Below, in pieces: positions 9,993 through 20,026 of a DNA stretch of 64,000 bases. The position numbers were made by a program, and so were the translations under genes. Location of the stretch: NCBI GenBank assembly GCA_037138815.1, contig JBAXHQ010000001.1, positions 35,407 to 99,406 of the forward strand, read 5' to 3'. The notes below the pieces were generated by a model. That model ran no database searches, was not told where the DNA came from, and worked only from the letters and a program-made list of their open reading frames with translations. The stretch is from Candidatus Saccharimonadota bacterium (GTDB lineage: Bacteria; Patescibacteriota; Saccharimonadia; Saccharimonadales; Saccharimonadaceae). Each line of letters begins with the position of its first letter. Within the stretch, counting starts at the first letter, position 1.

Positions 9993-11291
9993 ATGTTAGA
10001 TATACGTTTTATTCGCGAGCACGCAGAGGAAGTACAAAAAAATGCTATTAACAAGGGCTGTGATATTGATATCAGTTCGCTGTTAGAGCTAGATTCTAAG
10101 CGCCGCGATCTACAATCAAAAGTAGAAGAGTTGCGAACAAAACGTAACGAGAATGTATCACAAGCAAAGGGCAGCCGTCCGACTGATCAAATGATCGCCG
10201 AGGGTAAGGTTATTAAGGATCAAATTGCTGAAGTTGAGGCTCAGTTTAAGGATATTGATGTTAATTATACAACTGCACTAAAAAAAGTACCAAATATGGC
10301 GATGGCTGATGTGCCGATTGGTGCTAGCGAAGACGAGAACGTCGTCGTAAAAAAGGTTGGTGATTTACCGAAATTTGATTTTACCCCACGAAACCATTCC
10401 GAAATCGCTACCGAGCGTGGCTGGTTAGACAAGGAACGTGCCGCCAAGGTTACTGGCAGTCGGTTTGCTTATATAAAAGGCGATATGGTCAAATTACAGA
10501 TGGCGATTGTTCAATTCGTGATTAACACGCTTAGTGACGATACCGAGATTGCTAAAATCGCTAAAGGTGCAGGTCTAGATGTTTCGACTAAAGCGTTTAT
10601 TCCGATTTTGCCACCTTTGATGATTAGAACTGAAATGTATGATGCTATGGATCGTTTAGAGCCAAGCGAAGATCGATACAAGCTAGAGGGTGATGATTTA
10701 TGGTTGCAGGGCAGTGCCGAGCATGTGCTGGGTAGTATGCACGCCGATGAAGCTTTTGACGAAGCACAGCTGCCAATCCGCTATTTGGGATATGCTACCA
10801 GTTTCAGGCGTGAAGCTGGTACTTATGGTAAAGACATGGAAGGCATTTTACGAATGCACCAATTTGATAAATTGGAAATGGAGAGTTTCACGACTGCTGA
10901 CGATAGCTTGAATGAACATTTATTGTTTGTTGCGATTCAGGAATATTTATTACAGCAATTAAAATTGCCTTATCAGGTTATCCAAAAATGTACGTTTGAT
11001 ATTGGCAAGCCAAACGCTAGGGGTATCGATATGGAAACTTGGCTACCAGGGCAGGATAAGTATCGTGAAACACACACGGCTGATTATATGACCGACTATC
11101 AGTCTCGTCGTTTAAATACCCGCGTAAAGCGTGAATCTGGTAATTTAGAGCTAGTCCATACTAATGATGCTACGGCTTTTGCGCTTGGACGTATCATGAT
11201 TGCGATTATTGAAAATAATCAAACTGTCGATGGCAAGGTAAATATACCAGTTGTACTGCAACCATACTTGGCTGGTAAAACGGTTTTATAA
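9993..11291 (+). CDS. serS: Seryl-tRNA synthetase
   Basis: 432 aa with an N-terminal coiled-coil arm (MLDIRFIRE...) and a class II core. Confidence 0.93.
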   Translation: MLDIRFIREHAEEVQKNAINKGCDIDISSLLELDSKRRDLQSKVEELRTKRNENVSQAKGSRPTDQMIAEGKVIKDQIAEVEAQFKDIDVNYTTALKKVPNMAMADVPIGASEDENVVVKKVGDLPKFDFTPRNHSEIATERGWLDKERAAKVTGSRFAYIKGDMVKLQMAIVQFVINTLSDDTEIAKIAKGAGLDVSTKAFIPILPPLMIRTEMYDAMDRLEPSEDRYKLEGDDLWLQGSAEHVLGSMHADEAFDEAQLPIRYLGYATSFRREAGTYGKDMEGILRMHQFDKLEMESFTTADDSLNEHLLFVAIQEYLLQQLKLPYQVIQKCTFDIGKPNARGIDMETWLPGQDKYRETHTADYMTDYQSRRLNTRVKRESGNLELVHTNDATAFALGRIMIAIIENNQTVDGKVNIPVVLQPYLAGKTVL

Positions 11292-11336
11292 TAATCTGTT
11301 AATTGTCGAATAGGGGCCTTGTAAAAGAGGCTCCTA

Positions 11337-11365
11337 TTGACATTATTATCTATGTATGGTATCAT
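11337..11365 (+). promoter_or_regulatory. Sigma70-type promoter (TTGACA-17-TGnTATCAT)
   Basis: TTGACA at 11337-11342, a 17-nt spacer and an extended -10 TGgTATCAT ending at 11365. It lies upstream of an orphan ORF with a ~140-nt leader. Confidence 0.5.
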
Positions 11366-11481
11366 ATAGCTATTCAGATCAGAGATTGATAATATCATCT
11401 GGTTAGCACTTTGATATAACGAGAGATATTATTAGTCACTGACTGTACGCTCGAGAGTGTCCGAGAGGATAATTCCAACTC

Positions 11482-11907
11482 TTGAGTAAGAGAGGATGTG
11501 CGAATCTAATGGGTAATATCAAGTTTATAAGACCATCTACCACTAGCAATAGACAAGACCTTGCAATTCAGTGGGCTGTACAGAATATTAAATATCATAT
11601 TCAAAATGTGATGAAGTATAATGGTGATCTTAAAATTTCTTTTGGTGACTGGATGGAACGTGAATTTGACGAATCGTCAGACTCACCATTCATCGGTCTA
11701 TCGTTGGCATCTATATTTTTGGTTGCTCCGATAGATGGTGCGACACTAGAAATGATTAATCCTAAAGGCCTTAAAAAGACCGAGGACGGTTATTTTGTAT
11801 CTTGCGCTTTGAGGACTCCGGTACCATCTAATAACTTTATGTATTTGTATGTGAATATTGATCCCGATTTGGAATCCCATCTATGCTACACCTTAGTAAA
11901 AGACTAA
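11482..11907 (+). CDS. Hypothetical protein (orphan)
   Basis: The ORF opens at a TTG. A more likely start is ATG 11509, downstream of AGAGAGGA. It has its own promoter and terminator, and I recognised no family. Confidence 0.5.
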   Translation: MSKRGCANLMGNIKFIRPSTTSNRQDLAIQWAVQNIKYHIQNVMKYNGDLKISFGDWMEREFDESSDSPFIGLSLASIFLVAPIDGATLEMINPKGLKKTEDGYFVSCALRTPVPSNNFMYLYVNIDPDLESHLCYTLVKD

Positions 11908-11967
11908 TATATCTACCTACCATAGCTCTATGGGATTTAAATTGAGCTGCGAGATTTATCTCACACT

Positions 11968-11995
11968 GGACCCTGCATCAACGGGTCCTTTTTTA
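11968..11995 (+). terminator. Intrinsic terminator
   Basis: GGACCC-(9 nt)-GGGTCC followed by TTTTTT. Confidence 0.65.
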
Positions 11996-12073
11996 TTTGC
12001 AGATAAAATCCTAGTCGCCATCCATTACTGATATAATAGAACTAACCGACTAATAAGTGAATAGGAGGGCAAT

Positions 12074-12445
12074 ATGACTACATCAGTAAAAATTACCGGT
12101 ATTAATTACGAGATTGACGAAGCAACACGAAAATATGTTACAAAAAAAGTTGGGCGCTTAAACCGTTATTTAACTAGCCATGCGCGCAAAAGTGCATTTG
12201 TTGAAGTTAAATTAGAGCAGGTTAATCACGATCACGGCAATAAGTATGAAGTCGAGATCATTATGAAAATACCCGGCGAGATCATTAACGCTAGCGATTC
12301 AACCAGTAATATGTTGGCGGCTTTTGATATAGTACAAACTAAAATAATCTCGCAATTACGTTCGTATAAACAAACTAAAATTAAACACATTGCCAACCGT
12401 GGCATTATGGGTCGTTTTAAACGCAGCTTCAAACGTGAATTATAG
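12074..12445 (+). CDS. hpf: Ribosome hibernation/associated factor, short form (HPF/RaiA family)
   Basis: 123 aa. ITGINYEIDEATRKYVTKKVGRL and YEVEIIMKIPGEII..S match the sigma54-modulation/RaiA fold pattern. Confidence 0.85.
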   Translation: MTTSVKITGINYEIDEATRKYVTKKVGRLNRYLTSHARKSAFVEVKLEQVNHDHGNKYEVEIIMKIPGEIINASDSTSNMLAAFDIVQTKIISQLRSYKQTKIKHIANRGIMGRFKRSFKREL

Positions 12446-12543
12446 TGATTGTTTCTTGTCTAATTACTATCTTGGCATTATAATGAGTCGCAGTATTTTA
12501 TTTAGAACTTTATTGTGGGGGATAGGAGCAACGGTTTTTAGTT

Positions 12544-15165
12544 ATGGCGAGTACTAGTAAGGTTCTGACCAAGATTTTCGGTGATCCGCAGGTACGTTTA
12601 TTAAAAGGTCTTCAAAAAAAGGTCGCATCCATCAATGCGCTTTCGGATAAGTATAAAAAGTTATCTAAACCAGAGCTTAGAAAACAGACCGATATTTTGA
12701 AACAAAAATTGCGCAAAAAAGGCACAACTATTGATGATATTATGCCGGATGCTTTTGCGCTGGTTCGTGAAGCTAGCGATCGAGTGCTAGGTATGCGACA
12801 TTTCGATGTCCAATTAATTGGTGGTATGGCCCTACATGAGGGAAATGTGGCCGAGATGAAAACCGGTGAAGGTAAAACCTTAGTTGCGACTCTACCTGTC
12901 TATTTAAACGCACTCGAAGGCAAAGGCGTACATGTCGTGACGGTCAACGATTATTTGGCGCAACGCGATGCTAGCTGGATGGGTGGGGTATATCATTTTC
13001 TAGGTATGTCGACTGGCGTTATTATTAACGAAGCCTCATTTTTATATGACCCAGAATTTGATAACGAGAATCATGATGATGCTCGTATGAAACATCTGCG
13101 ACCAGTTACGCGCAAAGAAGCGTATGCGGCGGATATCACTTATGGCACTAATAACGAATTCGGATTTGATTATTTACGCGATAACATGGTTAATGAGGTT
13201 GACCTACTACGCCAACGCGAACTTAATTTTGCGATTGTGGATGAGGTCGATAGTATTTTGATCGATGAAGCTAGAACGCCGTTAATTATCAGCGCGCCAG
13301 CTGCCGAAAATCCTGACAGTTATTATCAATTTGCGAAAATTGCTGCCAAATTAGCACCCGAAGATTACATCATGGATGAAAAACATCGTACCGTTTCGCT
13401 CAGCGATGAGGGTACCGAGAGAATTCAGAAAATGCTTGGCATCAAGAATCTATACAGTCCAGATTATGTGCGTTCGGTGTATCACATGGATCAGGCGCTT
13501 AGGGCGCAGACATTATTTAAACGTGACAAAGACTATGTCGTAACCAAGGACGGCGAAGTTATTATTGTTGATGAATTTACGGGACGTTTGATGCAAGGTC
13601 GTCGCTATAACGAAGGTTTACATCAGGCTATCGAAGCCAAAGAGGGCGTGCCGGTGCTGCAGGAAAGTATGACCCTGGCGACTATTTCTTTCCAGAATTA
13701 TTTCCGTTTATATAAAAAGCTGTCTGGTATGACTGGTACGGCGTTTACTGAGGCCGAAGAATTCCAACAAATCTATAGTCTGGATGTTATACAGATCCCA
13801 TCAAATCGTCCACTAATTAGAACTGACAAACCAGATCTAATTTTTAAAACCGAAAAAGCGAAATTAAAGGCTGTGGCTGATGCGATTTCCGAGTATCACA
13901 CCAAAGGTCGTCCAGTGCTGGTTGGTTCGGCTTCGATTTCCAAGAATGAATTAATTGCTTCATGGTTGGATAGTGCGGGTGTTCCTTATGAAATACTCAA
14001 CGCTAAAAATAACGAGCGCGAAGCTGCGATTATCGAAAAGGCTGGTGAAAAAGGTGCGATTACATTAGCTACTAATATTGCTGGTCGTGGTACTGATATT
14101 AAACTAGGCGATGGGGTCAAGGAATTGGGCGGATTAGTCGTGATTGGTTCCGAGCGCCATGAATCGCGCCGCATCGATAACCAGCTACGTGGTCGTGGTG
14201 GTCGCCAGGGTGATCCAGGTGAGACACAATTCTATGTATCGACCGAAGATGACTTGATGCGTATATTCCAAGGTGAGCGTATTGCTAGCCTAATGGACCG
14301 TTTGGGTGTTCCTGATGATATGCCAATTCAAAACAAGGCGGTTTCAAAAACATTGGAATCAGCCCAGAAACGAGTTGAAGGTTTTAATTTCGATACGCGC
14401 AAAAATGTTGTTCAATATGACAACGTAATTAATCGTCATCGTCGAGTTGTATACACTGTTCGTCGCAAGATATTAGAAGGCGGCGATATCAAACCCGAGA
14501 TCAAAGCTTTGATAGAATCTAAACTACGTGAACTCACGGATGTGCCTGCTAAAAATAACAAGAACTTTGTCGAAGAATTCGAAACAATGTTTCCAATGTC
14601 GACCGACAAAATTAAATTAATTGGTTTAGAAAAAAACGACAAAGCCCGATTCGAGCTAGCCTGTAAAGAAGTTGATATCCTATACAAAGCCAAAGAAGCG
14701 GAACTAGAGGCTGAAATTGTCCGTAAAATTGAGCGCGAGGTTTATCTGCAGGTGTTAGATACTTTATGGATGCAGCACCTCGAGAATATGCAACATTTGC
14801 GCGAAGGTATACATTGGCGTAGCGTAGGGCAGCGTGATCCTTTGGTGGAATACCGCAGTGAATCACAAAAATTATTCGATAGTTTACAAGCAACCCTACG
14901 TGACGAAGTCTTGCGTGCAGTTATGCATGTTCATAAAACTGACGTTATTGCTAAAACTAATGAAGAATATGAGACTGAGTTAACGCGTTTGGCAGAAAGT
15001 GCTGTCGAAAAAGGTGTTAATGAAGTAACCGACGGTGAGGAAAATCGTGATAATGATTTTCGTATCAAGAAAGCACCTACGCTAAACAGCGCTGGTCATA
15101 AAAAGAATAACGTTCGCAGGAAAAAGAAATCAGAACGTCAGAATCGCAAAAAAAATCGAAAATAA
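12544..15165 (+). CDS. secA: Preprotein translocase ATPase SecA
   Basis: 873 aa with MKTGEGKTLVA, DEVDSILIDEARTPLIIS and TNIAGRGTDIKLG. The C-terminus is a Lys/Arg-rich tail with no Cys-rich zinc motif. Confidence 0.96.
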   Translation: MASTSKVLTKIFGDPQVRLLKGLQKKVASINALSDKYKKLSKPELRKQTDILKQKLRKKGTTIDDIMPDAFALVREASDRVLGMRHFDVQLIGGMALHEGNVAEMKTGEGKTLVATLPVYLNALEGKGVHVVTVNDYLAQRDASWMGGVYHFLGMSTGVIINEASFLYDPEFDNENHDDARMKHLRPVTRKEAYAADITYGTNNEFGFDYLRDNMVNEVDLLRQRELNFAIVDEVDSILIDEARTPLIISAPAAENPDSYYQFAKIAAKLAPEDYIMDEKHRTVSLSDEGTERIQKMLGIKNLYSPDYVRSVYHMDQALRAQTLFKRDKDYVVTKDGEVIIVDEFTGRLMQGRRYNEGLHQAIEAKEGVPVLQESMTLATISFQNYFRLYKKLSGMTGTAFTEAEEFQQIYSLDVIQIPSNRPLIRTDKPDLIFKTEKAKLKAVADAISEYHTKGRPVLVGSASISKNELIASWLDSAGVPYEILNAKNNEREAAIIEKAGEKGAITLATNIAGRGTDIKLGDGVKELGGLVVIGSERHESRRIDNQLRGRGGRQGDPGETQFYVSTEDDLMRIFQGERIASLMDRLGVPDDMPIQNKAVSKTLESAQKRVEGFNFDTRKNVVQYDNVINRHRRVVYTVRRKILEGGDIKPEIKALIESKLRELTDVPAKNNKNFVEEFETMFPMSTDKIKLIGLEKNDKARFELACKEVDILYKAKEAELEAEIVRKIEREVYLQVLDTLWMQHLENMQHLREGIHWRSVGQRDPLVEYRSESQKLFDSLQATLRDEVLRAVMHVHKTDVIAKTNEEYETELTRLAESAVEKGVNEVTDGEENRDNDFRIKKAPTLNSAGHKKNNVRRKKKSERQNRKKNRK

Positions 15166-15189
15166 CGGGGTGGCAGGAAGTGTCGGTAT

Positions 15190-16476
15190 ATGAAGCATAG
15201 TGTTGAAGAAATACGATTAAAAAATGGAGCTCGCGGGCTGTTGATTGACGTACCGGATGCGACAACGATGAGTATGCAGTTTCATTTTAGGGCTGGCAAT
15301 CGCTATGCGAAATCCAAGGATATCGAGCAGGTTGCTCATATTATGGAGCATATGGCTTTTGGAGCTAACGCACGTTTTAAAAGTGAGTCTGAATTCGAAT
15401 TTGAGTTCACTAAAAACGGTGCGTATCGTAACGCCTATACTAGCGATTTATCGATGGTCTACGAAGCCGACTGTGCTGATTTCGAATGGGATCGCATTCT
15501 GGATTTGCAAAAACTGGCTATTTGTCAGCCTAAATTTAATGAATCCGAACTTGATGCCGAAAAAGGTAATGTTCGTAGCGAACTAACTAATTATCTGAAT
15601 GATCATCAACGTATTTTATGGCCGAGAGTTCAACAATTGTTAGGAGAGGACGTACTAACTTATCGTCAGTCATTGCCAACTATTAGTGCCGTAACGTTGG
15701 CTGATGTTCGTGAACATCATCGTCGTACCCATACGACCAAGAACCTGCGATTTGTAATTGCCGGCAAACTAAAAGGCCGTAAGGGCGAGATAAAACAACA
15801 ACTCGAAGATTTTAAATTAGCACCAGGTGAGCGTTTCGAAGTTCCAAAGGATGAATTAGTCAAAGCCAACCCAACTATAATTCGTCGCAAGGATGCTACT
15901 AACCTGACTTTTGGTTTGTTTATGGTAATACCAAAAGAATTAAGTGACGAAGAGCTAGATGCTATGCATTATCTGAATCATTTATTAACTGGTACTATGC
16001 ACTCACGTATTTTTGGTGCAGCCCGACAAAAAGGGCTAGCGTATAATATTAATGCCTATGCTGATGCTGGTTTTTATGATAGTAGTTGGGATATAACTGG
16101 TCAAGTTAACCACGAATCGGCAAGTGAATTGTTTGATATTATTACTCGCGAACTTGGTAATGTACTGGACGGTAAAATAAGCGAGGAAGAGGTAAAAGCC
16201 GCTAAATCATTCGCTCTAGGTCGCTATCAAATGGGGGCGCAAACAGTCTCGCAGATTAGTGGTTTTTATACGGGTCGGTATTTTGCCGACGGCTTCATCA
16301 AAGATTATGATCGCGTGCCTGATATGATTAAGAACGTAAATCTAGATCGTATGGTTACTACGGCTCGCAGTTTTATTAATGAGGATAAATGGGTTCTAGC
16401 CGCTGTCAGTAGTGGCGATCGCCAGGAACTGGTTGATTTGAACAATAAAGTGGCAACATTATTCGAACCACGTTAG
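15190..16476 (+). CDS. M16 (insulinase/pitrilysin) family peptidase
   Basis: Inverted zinc motif HIMEHMAF (HxxEH) and a two-domain M16 length of 428 aa. Confidence 0.8.
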   Translation: MKHSVEEIRLKNGARGLLIDVPDATTMSMQFHFRAGNRYAKSKDIEQVAHIMEHMAFGANARFKSESEFEFEFTKNGAYRNAYTSDLSMVYEADCADFEWDRILDLQKLAICQPKFNESELDAEKGNVRSELTNYLNDHQRILWPRVQQLLGEDVLTYRQSLPTISAVTLADVREHHRRTHTTKNLRFVIAGKLKGRKGEIKQQLEDFKLAPGERFEVPKDELVKANPTIIRRKDATNLTFGLFMVIPKELSDEELDAMHYLNHLLTGTMHSRIFGAARQKGLAYNINAYADAGFYDSSWDITGQVNHESASELFDIITRELGNVLDGKISEEEVKAAKSFALGRYQMGAQTVSQISGFYTGRYFADGFIKDYDRVPDMIKNVNLDRMVTTARSFINEDKWVLAAVSSGDRQELVDLNNKVATLFEPR

Positions 16477-16486
16477 AATAGGTAAT

Positions 16487-17782
16487 ATGAAAATCGCTAT
16501 TGCAGGATATGGGCTAGAGGGCGAATCTAATTATCGCTATTGGGCTGCCGATAAAAATAATCAATTAACGATTGTCGACCAAAAACAACCAGAGCGCGAT
16601 ATCCCATCTGGATCAGCTATTACTATTGGCGATGATGTTTTTAAAAAATTACAGGATTTTGATTTAGTAATCAGAACTGCTGGTCTAGCACCACGAAAAA
16701 TAAAAACCAACGGCAAAATCTGGTCGGCTGCTAATGAATTTTTCGCTAATTGTCCAGCCCAAATTATCGGCGTTACTGGCAGTAAGGGTAAGGGCACGAC
16801 CGCTAGCTTAATAACCAGTATATTAAAACAGGCAGGTAAAAAAGTTTGGTTAGTTGGTAATATCGGATTGCCGCCATTAGATGTCATAGCTGATATCAAA
16901 CCTGATGATATTGTAGTTTATGAACTATCTAGTTTTCAATTATGGGATTTGGAAAAATCACCTCATATTGCCGTTATTCTATTTATTGAGCAAGAACATC
17001 TAGACGTTCATATCGATATGGCGGAATATGTCGCTGCCAAGGCTAATATAACTAAATATCAAACCCCTAACGATATCCTGATCTATAATCAATCGAATCT
17101 ATATGCGCAGAATATTGCCAAACAATCCAGGGCAACCCTGGTCGGTTATCCAGATGCTACCAAGGCTCATGTTTCGGATGGTTATTTCTGTTATGGTGAT
17201 AACCGTATCTGTTCGGTCAATGTATTGCATTTAATTGGTCAACATAATCTAGATAATGCCTGTGCAGCTATTGATGCGATTTGGCCGTTTATTAATGATA
17301 CTTCTGTAATTCAGGAGGGTTTATATGCGTTTACTGGCTTGCCTCATCGCTTGCAGTTCGTGAGTGAAATTGACGGTGTTAAATATTATGATGACAGTAT
17401 TGCAACCACTCCTAGCTCGGCTATTGCGGCGCTAAGGGCACTTAGTGGCCCCAAGGTTATTATCTTGGGCGGTTCATCGAAGGGTTCGGATTTCTCTGAT
17501 TTGGCTTTGGAATTAACTAAACATGATGTTAGGGCGATTTTGATCGGTGACGAGGCGGGCAAAATAGCCCAAGCTTGTCAGGCGGTTGGTTTCTCTGATT
17601 ATGAAATAATCGATAATCCGACTATGAATATAGTGGTTAATCGGGCGAGCTCTTTGGCGCAATCTGGCGGCACGGTCCTACTCAGCCCAGCCAGCGCCAG
17701 TTTTGGTTTATTCAAAAATTATGTTGATAGAGGCAACCAGTTCCAAGCCGCCGTAAAGGCGCTTGGACCTAATTCAAAATAA
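16487..17782 (+). CDS. murD: UDP-N-acetylmuramoylalanine--D-glutamate ligase
   Basis: Rossmann-like N-terminus, P-loop GVTGSKGKGTT, GLPHRLQFV...YYDDSIATTP and LLSPASASFGLFKNYVDRGNQF, which match MurD-specific motifs. Confidence 0.85.
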   Translation: MKIAIAGYGLEGESNYRYWAADKNNQLTIVDQKQPERDIPSGSAITIGDDVFKKLQDFDLVIRTAGLAPRKIKTNGKIWSAANEFFANCPAQIIGVTGSKGKGTTASLITSILKQAGKKVWLVGNIGLPPLDVIADIKPDDIVVYELSSFQLWDLEKSPHIAVILFIEQEHLDVHIDMAEYVAAKANITKYQTPNDILIYNQSNLYAQNIAKQSRATLVGYPDATKAHVSDGYFCYGDNRICSVNVLHLIGQHNLDNACAAIDAIWPFINDTSVIQEGLYAFTGLPHRLQFVSEIDGVKYYDDSIATTPSSAIAALRALSGPKVIILGGSSKGSDFSDLALELTKHDVRAILIGDEAGKIAQACQAVGFSDYEIIDNPTMNIVVNRASSLAQSGGTVLLSPASASFGLFKNYVDRGNQFQAAVKALGPNSK

Positions 17783-17785
17783 TTT

Positions 17786-18868
17786 ATGCAACCTATTACT
17801 AAGCGCCTTTCTGGCATACTAGCACAGATTGACACGGCTTTTTCTAGGTTGAATATTACCGAAAAACAAGAAAACGTGGCTATTTTAGAGCAACAGCTAG
17901 CCCAACCTGACGTTTGGAATAATCCGACCGAAGCTCAATCAAAACACACGCAGCTGTCGGCGTTATCTGGCATTGTTGATCCATGGGTCACTTTGCGAGC
18001 GCAAGTGGCTGATATGATTGAATTTATAAAATTAGGCGACGAAAGTTTACTGCCTGAATTCGAGAAAGAAGTGAGTGCTCTAGAAGATGATTTCTCGAGG
18101 ATGCGTAAGGACCTATTGTTTCGTGGTAAATACGATGATCATAATGCTATTATACGGTTAAGTGCAGGGGTAGGTGGAACTGATGCTCAGGATTGGACGG
18201 AAATATTAGAACGTATGTATTTGCGCTGGGCTGATAAATCTAGTATGCAAACTAGTATCATTGAACGATCTGTGGCCGAAGAGGCGGGGATTAAATCGAG
18301 TGTAATTGAGGTTTCTGGACCATATGCTTATGGAAAATTACGTAGCGAGCATGGCGTTCATAGGTTAGTGAGGCTAAGTCCATTTAATAGTGACAATTTA
18401 CGTCAAACTAGTTTTGCGTTAGTCGAAGTTTTACCGCAAATTGATACGCCAGATGAAGTTCAGATCGACCCCGGTGATATAAAAGTTGATGTATATCGTG
18501 CTGGTGGACATGGCGGTCAATCAGTTAATACGACCGACAGTGCGGTGCGAATTACGCACATACCGACTGGAATTGTTGTGGCGATCCAAAACGAACGTTC
18601 GCAATTACAAAATCGTGAAATGGCTATGAAAATATTACGCTCAAAGTTAATACAATTACAGCTAGAACAGCGGGCTGCTAGTATTACTGATTTACAAGCG
18701 GGCGAGTCGGCTAATTGGGGATCGCAAATTAGAAATTATGTTATGCAACCATATACTATGGTCAAAGATGCCCGAACTAAATACGAAGATCGCGATGTTC
18801 AGTCTGTTCTAGATGGCAAGATTGATGGTTTTATCGAAGCTTTTTTAGAACAAGATCAGATCGCGTAA
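17786..18868 (+). CDS. prfB: Peptide chain release factor 2 (no programmed frameshift)
   Basis: SPF tripeptide (LSPFNS) and GGQ (GGHGGQSVNTTDSAVR). A single uninterrupted 360-aa frame. Confidence 0.92.
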   Translation: MQPITKRLSGILAQIDTAFSRLNITEKQENVAILEQQLAQPDVWNNPTEAQSKHTQLSALSGIVDPWVTLRAQVADMIEFIKLGDESLLPEFEKEVSALEDDFSRMRKDLLFRGKYDDHNAIIRLSAGVGGTDAQDWTEILERMYLRWADKSSMQTSIIERSVAEEAGIKSSVIEVSGPYAYGKLRSEHGVHRLVRLSPFNSDNLRQTSFALVEVLPQIDTPDEVQIDPGDIKVDVYRAGGHGGQSVNTTDSAVRITHIPTGIVVAIQNERSQLQNREMAMKILRSKLIQLQLEQRAASITDLQAGESANWGSQIRNYVMQPYTMVKDARTKYEDRDVQSVLDGKIDGFIEAFLEQDQIA

Positions 18869-18915
18869 CAGTTTGAAATATTTACATTATCTCTAGGCTT
18901 TGTTACGATTGCCAC

Positions 18916-19290
18916 ATGCGTAAAAACATAAACGGTTATAGCCTGCTTGAACTAATAGTAGTGATTTGTATTATTGGTATCATTTCTACTATTGCTGTCA
19001 TAAGCTACAGTGGCTGGAAACAATCTACGACTTTTACTCAGCTGAGTAATGATTTAAACGGCATATCAACCGCTATGGAAAGCGCACGCACGTTTAGTAA
19101 TAGTTATCCATTAACGATTCCTTCGACATTTACGCCTAGTAATGGCGTTACTCTTAGCGGTGGTGGTAGGGCGGACGGTAAGAGTTTTTGTATCCAAGCC
19201 GTCAGCGCTAATTACCCGACATTAATTTATTCGATTGATAGTTCAGATAGCAATATGCAGGTTAAATCTGGGGCATGCCCAGTAAATTAA
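18916..19290 (+). CDS. Type IV pilin-like protein (prepilin N-terminal methylation domain)
   Basis: A short basic leader followed by G/YSLLELIVVICIIGIISTIAV, the class III signal peptide pattern. 124 aa. Confidence 0.72.
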   Translation: MRKNINGYSLLELIVVICIIGIISTIAVISYSGWKQSTTFTQLSNDLNGISTAMESARTFSNSYPLTIPSTFTPSNGVTLSGGGRADGKSFCIQAVSANYPTLIYSIDSSDSNMQVKSGACPVN

Positions 19291-19342
19291 AATTGTTTAA
19301 TGATCTTAAAACTTGAAATACTTATGCTATAATTGATCAGGA

Positions 19343-20026
19343 ATGATATTACTTGATCGAGTCACTAAATCCTACGGTAAGGATGCGAAACCGGCAATTG
19401 ACCGCGTTAGTTTATTCATAGAACCACGCGAATTTGTTATTTTGGTTGGTACTAGTGGTGCTGGTAAATCGACATTATTTAAATTATTAACCCGCGAAGA
19501 AAAACCAACCAGCGGCAAGATTGTAGTTGGTGGAATTGACTACGACACACTAAAGGATAATAATATCCCTCTCCTTAGGCGTAAAATTGGAGTTGTTTTT
19601 CAGGATTTCAAATTATTACCGCAACGCACGGTATTCGAAAATATTGCTTTTGCACTCGAGATTGCGGGTATGACACGCCGCGAAATACGCAGTACTGTGC
19701 CTAAAGTTATCGAGTTGGTTGGTTTAACCGGCAAAGAAAAACAATTTCCTCACCAATTATCGGGTGGTGAGCGCCAACGTGTGGCTATCGCTAGGGCGGT
19801 GGTTCGCCAACCTAAAATCCTAATCGCCGATGAACCTACCGGAAATCTAGATCCTAAACATAGTTGGGATATTATTAGGTTACTCGAAAAGATCAATAAA
19901 TATGGCACGACAGTTCTGTTGACTACACATAATGCTGAAATAGTCGATAAATTAAAACGTCGCGTGATTACACTTGACCATGGCACTATTACTGGTGACC
20001 AAGCAATCGGGAGTTACAGACAATGA
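19343..20026 (+). CDS. ftsE: Cell division ATP-binding protein FtsE
   Basis: ABC ATPase motifs [17 protein letters not shown] and [14 protein letters not shown]-coupled to an FtsX-type permease. Confidence 0.88.
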   Translation: MILLDRVTKSYGKDAKPAIDRVSLFIEPREFVILVGTSGAGKSTLFKLLTREEKPTSGKIVVGGIDYDTLKDNNIPLLRRKIGVVFQDFKLLPQRTVFENIAFALEIAGMTRREIRSTVPKVIELVGLTGKEKQFPHQLSGGERQRVAIARAVVRQPKILIADEPTGNLDPKHSWDIIRLLEKINKYGTTVLLTTHNAEIVDKLKRRVITLDHGTITGDQAIGSYRQ

